NCBI GenBank assembly: GCA_963744115.1
Contig: CAVUSI010000002.1
Location: 675,641 to 739,640, forward strand
Direction: 5' to 3'
DNA: 64,000 bases
DNA from: an uncultured Chloroflexia bacterium
GTDB taxonomy: Bacteria; Chloroflexota; Limnocylindria; Limnocylindrales; CSP1-4
Below the pieces are notes generated by a model. The model worked only from the letters and a program-made list of their open reading frames with translations. It was not told where the DNA came from and did no database searches. A program made the position numbers and the translations under genes. Positions 62,131-64,000 of the stretch are shown piece after piece. Within the stretch, counting starts at the first letter, position 1. The number at the start of each line of letters is the position of its first letter.

Positions 62131-63868
62131 GTGGAGGACCAGGCCGAGGAGACCCGGGGCGAGGCCGCGGAGCGGCACGTCCACGACGCGCTCCGAGCGG
62201 CCCTTCCGCCCGAGTACCGGCTCTACGGCAACGCCCGCTGGTGCGCCAAGTCGCGGCGGGACGGGCCCGCCCACGACGGCGAGGCGGACCTGGTCATCGT
62301 CCATCCCGAGGCCGGGCTGCTCGTCGTCGAGGTCAAGGCCGGCGAGCCGCGCCGGGGGGCGGCCGGAAGCTGGTGGCTCGGGCCGCACGAGCTCCGGCGA
62401 TCGCCGTTCGCACAGGCCGAGGCGGCCAAGCACGACCTCCGACGGGCCCTCGAAGCGCTCCCGGACTGGCCGGCCCACGACGAACCCCGGGCCGGGCAGG
62501 CCGTCGCCTTCCCCGACGTCGACCTGGCGAGCCTTCCGCATGGCCATGCCCTGCTCGGGCCGGACGCCCCGCTCGAGATCGTCCTCGACGCCGACGCGCT
62601 GGCGACGCCGCTGGCCGCTCGCGCCGCCGTCGACCGGGCCTACGGCTACTGGGTCGGCGATGGCAGTCGCGGCCGGCCGCTCGGCGCCGCCGGGATGCAG
62701 CGGGTCGACGAGTACCTCGCCCCGACCGTCGCGCTCCGTCGCCTCCTCCGCCACGACGTCGACGACGATCGCGCTCGGTTGATCGGCGCGTCGCAGGAGC
62801 AGCGTCGCACGCTGGACGTCGCCCGGAACGTCCGTCGGGCGGAGGTCGTCGGGCCGGCCGGCAGCGGCAAGTCGATCGTCGCCGTCGAGAAGGCCCGGCG
62901 GCTCGCCCGCGAGGGCTTCCGGACGCTGTTCGTGTGCTTCAACCAGCCGCTCGCGACGGCCGTCCTGCACGATGTCGAAGGGCTGACCGCGGGCGATCCC
63001 GAGACGGCCGCGCGGCTTCACGTCTCGACCTTCCACCGCCTGTGCGAGACGCTCGGCGAGCGAGCCGGGGTCCTCGGCGCCGAGACCCGACGAGCCGCCG
63101 CGAGCCTGGTGGGAGGAGACGCTGCCGGCCGCCCTCGACGCCGCGATCGAGGCGCTGCCCGACGAGCGGTTCCACGCGATCGTCGTCGACGAGGGGCAGG
63201 ACTTCGAGCTGGCGTGGCTCGAGTCGCTGTCGTTCCTGCTCGAGGACCCCGAGCACGACGTCCTGTGGATCTTCCACGACCCCGGCCAGGCGCTCTTCCG
63301 GGACGACCGCGTCGCCGAGCTCGGCCTCGAGCGGCTCGAGCTGTTCCACGACTACCGCTGTCCGGCGCCCGTCGGCGAGCTCGCGGCGCGCTTCTACCAC
63401 GGCCCGGGCGAGCCGATCGTCATCGCGTCGGGCGGTCGCGCGCCGCGGGTGATCGTCGCCAAGACCGACGCCGAGACCGTCGAGGCGCTCCGCGTCGAGC
63501 TCCATCGGCTGACGGTCGACGAGGGGATCCGGCCCTGGCAGATCGTCGTGCTGTCCGGTCGGTCCGCCGCCGACAGCGCCGTCTGGCGGGCGCGGACGTT
63601 CGGCAACCAGGTCCTGTGGAACGGCGCGATCGACGATGCCGGCCGATCCCTCCGCCTGCCCGCCGACGAGGTCCCCGACGAGCCCGGCGACGTCGTCCGG
63701 TTCGAGACGATCCGCCGGTTCAAGGGCCTCGAGCGCGAGGTCGTCGTCCTGTGCGAGCTGCCCGATACCGGCGAGCGCCTCGACCAGCTCCTCTACGTCG
63801 GCCTGACCCGCGCCACGACCCAGCTCGTCGTCATCGCGCCACGCAAGCTGGCCGGGCGGCTCCATTGA
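62131..63868 (+). CDS. NERD nuclease + superfamily 1 (UvrD-like) helicase (frameshift ~63079)
   Basis: Manual translation from GTG 62131: GEADLVIVHPEAGLLVVEVKAG (NERD), SPFAQA, GPAGSGKS Walker A. The shifted frame gives IVVDEGQDF, TIRRFKGLEREVV and LYVGLTRA. Confidence 0.88.
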
Positions 63869-63923
63869 TGCCCGTGCCACTGGCCCGTTCCGGAGGCCGG
63901 GCCCCTTCGCCGCGAGCCCATCG

Positions 63924-63970
63924 CCACTGGGAGTGGTCGGAATCTCGACGACCGCGCTCGGCGAAACGCC
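63924..63970 (+). repeat. copy of the CCACT-N3-AGTGGTCGGAATC repeat downstream of the NERD helicase
   Basis: CCACTGGGAGTGGTCGGAATCTCGACGACCGCGCTCGG resembles 61871 CCACTCTCAGTGGTCGGAATCGCGGTCAGCACGCTTGG. Confidence 0.7.
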
Positions 63971-64000
63971 CCAACCGCCTCCAACCGGCCATTTCGACCG

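Overview
64-kb window of a very GC-rich bacterial chromosome. The gene repertoire and protein styles suggest Chloroflexota, possibly Limnocylindria, but this is inference only. The left third keeps a core backbone: polyprenyl synthetase, recO, an orphan ParA, glyQS, nfnAB, fpr, ppdK, tdk and a BaeSR-like two-component system. The rest is accessory: GH1, GH2, GH36, GH18 and heparinase-like glycan enzymes, secreted proteases, LCP, MurJ, a K+ channel, MerR-vWA, a cold-shock protein, a TPR-adenylate cyclase, a macro domain and a NERD-helicase. I found no rRNA, tRNA, cas gene, integrase or transposase. About 13 single-base frameshifts split otherwise intact genes and are most likely long-read assembly errors. 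The most unusual signals are non-coding. (1) Two homologous ~215-bp elements each carry five TTGCA-N5-TGCAA palindromes at near-helical spacings (29, 50-51, 61 bp) and bracket a nitrilase-MerR-vWA-VOC block. (2) Two inverted arrays of a 19-bp hairpin repeat bracket a K+ channel gene. (3) A third repeat family lies on both sides of the NERD-helicase. Notable coding signals are a ParA paired with a membrane protein carrying a catalytically dead GGDEF domain with an intact I-site, an apparent MurJ-cysteine-peptidase fusion with a CTG start, and many candidate leaderless promoters.
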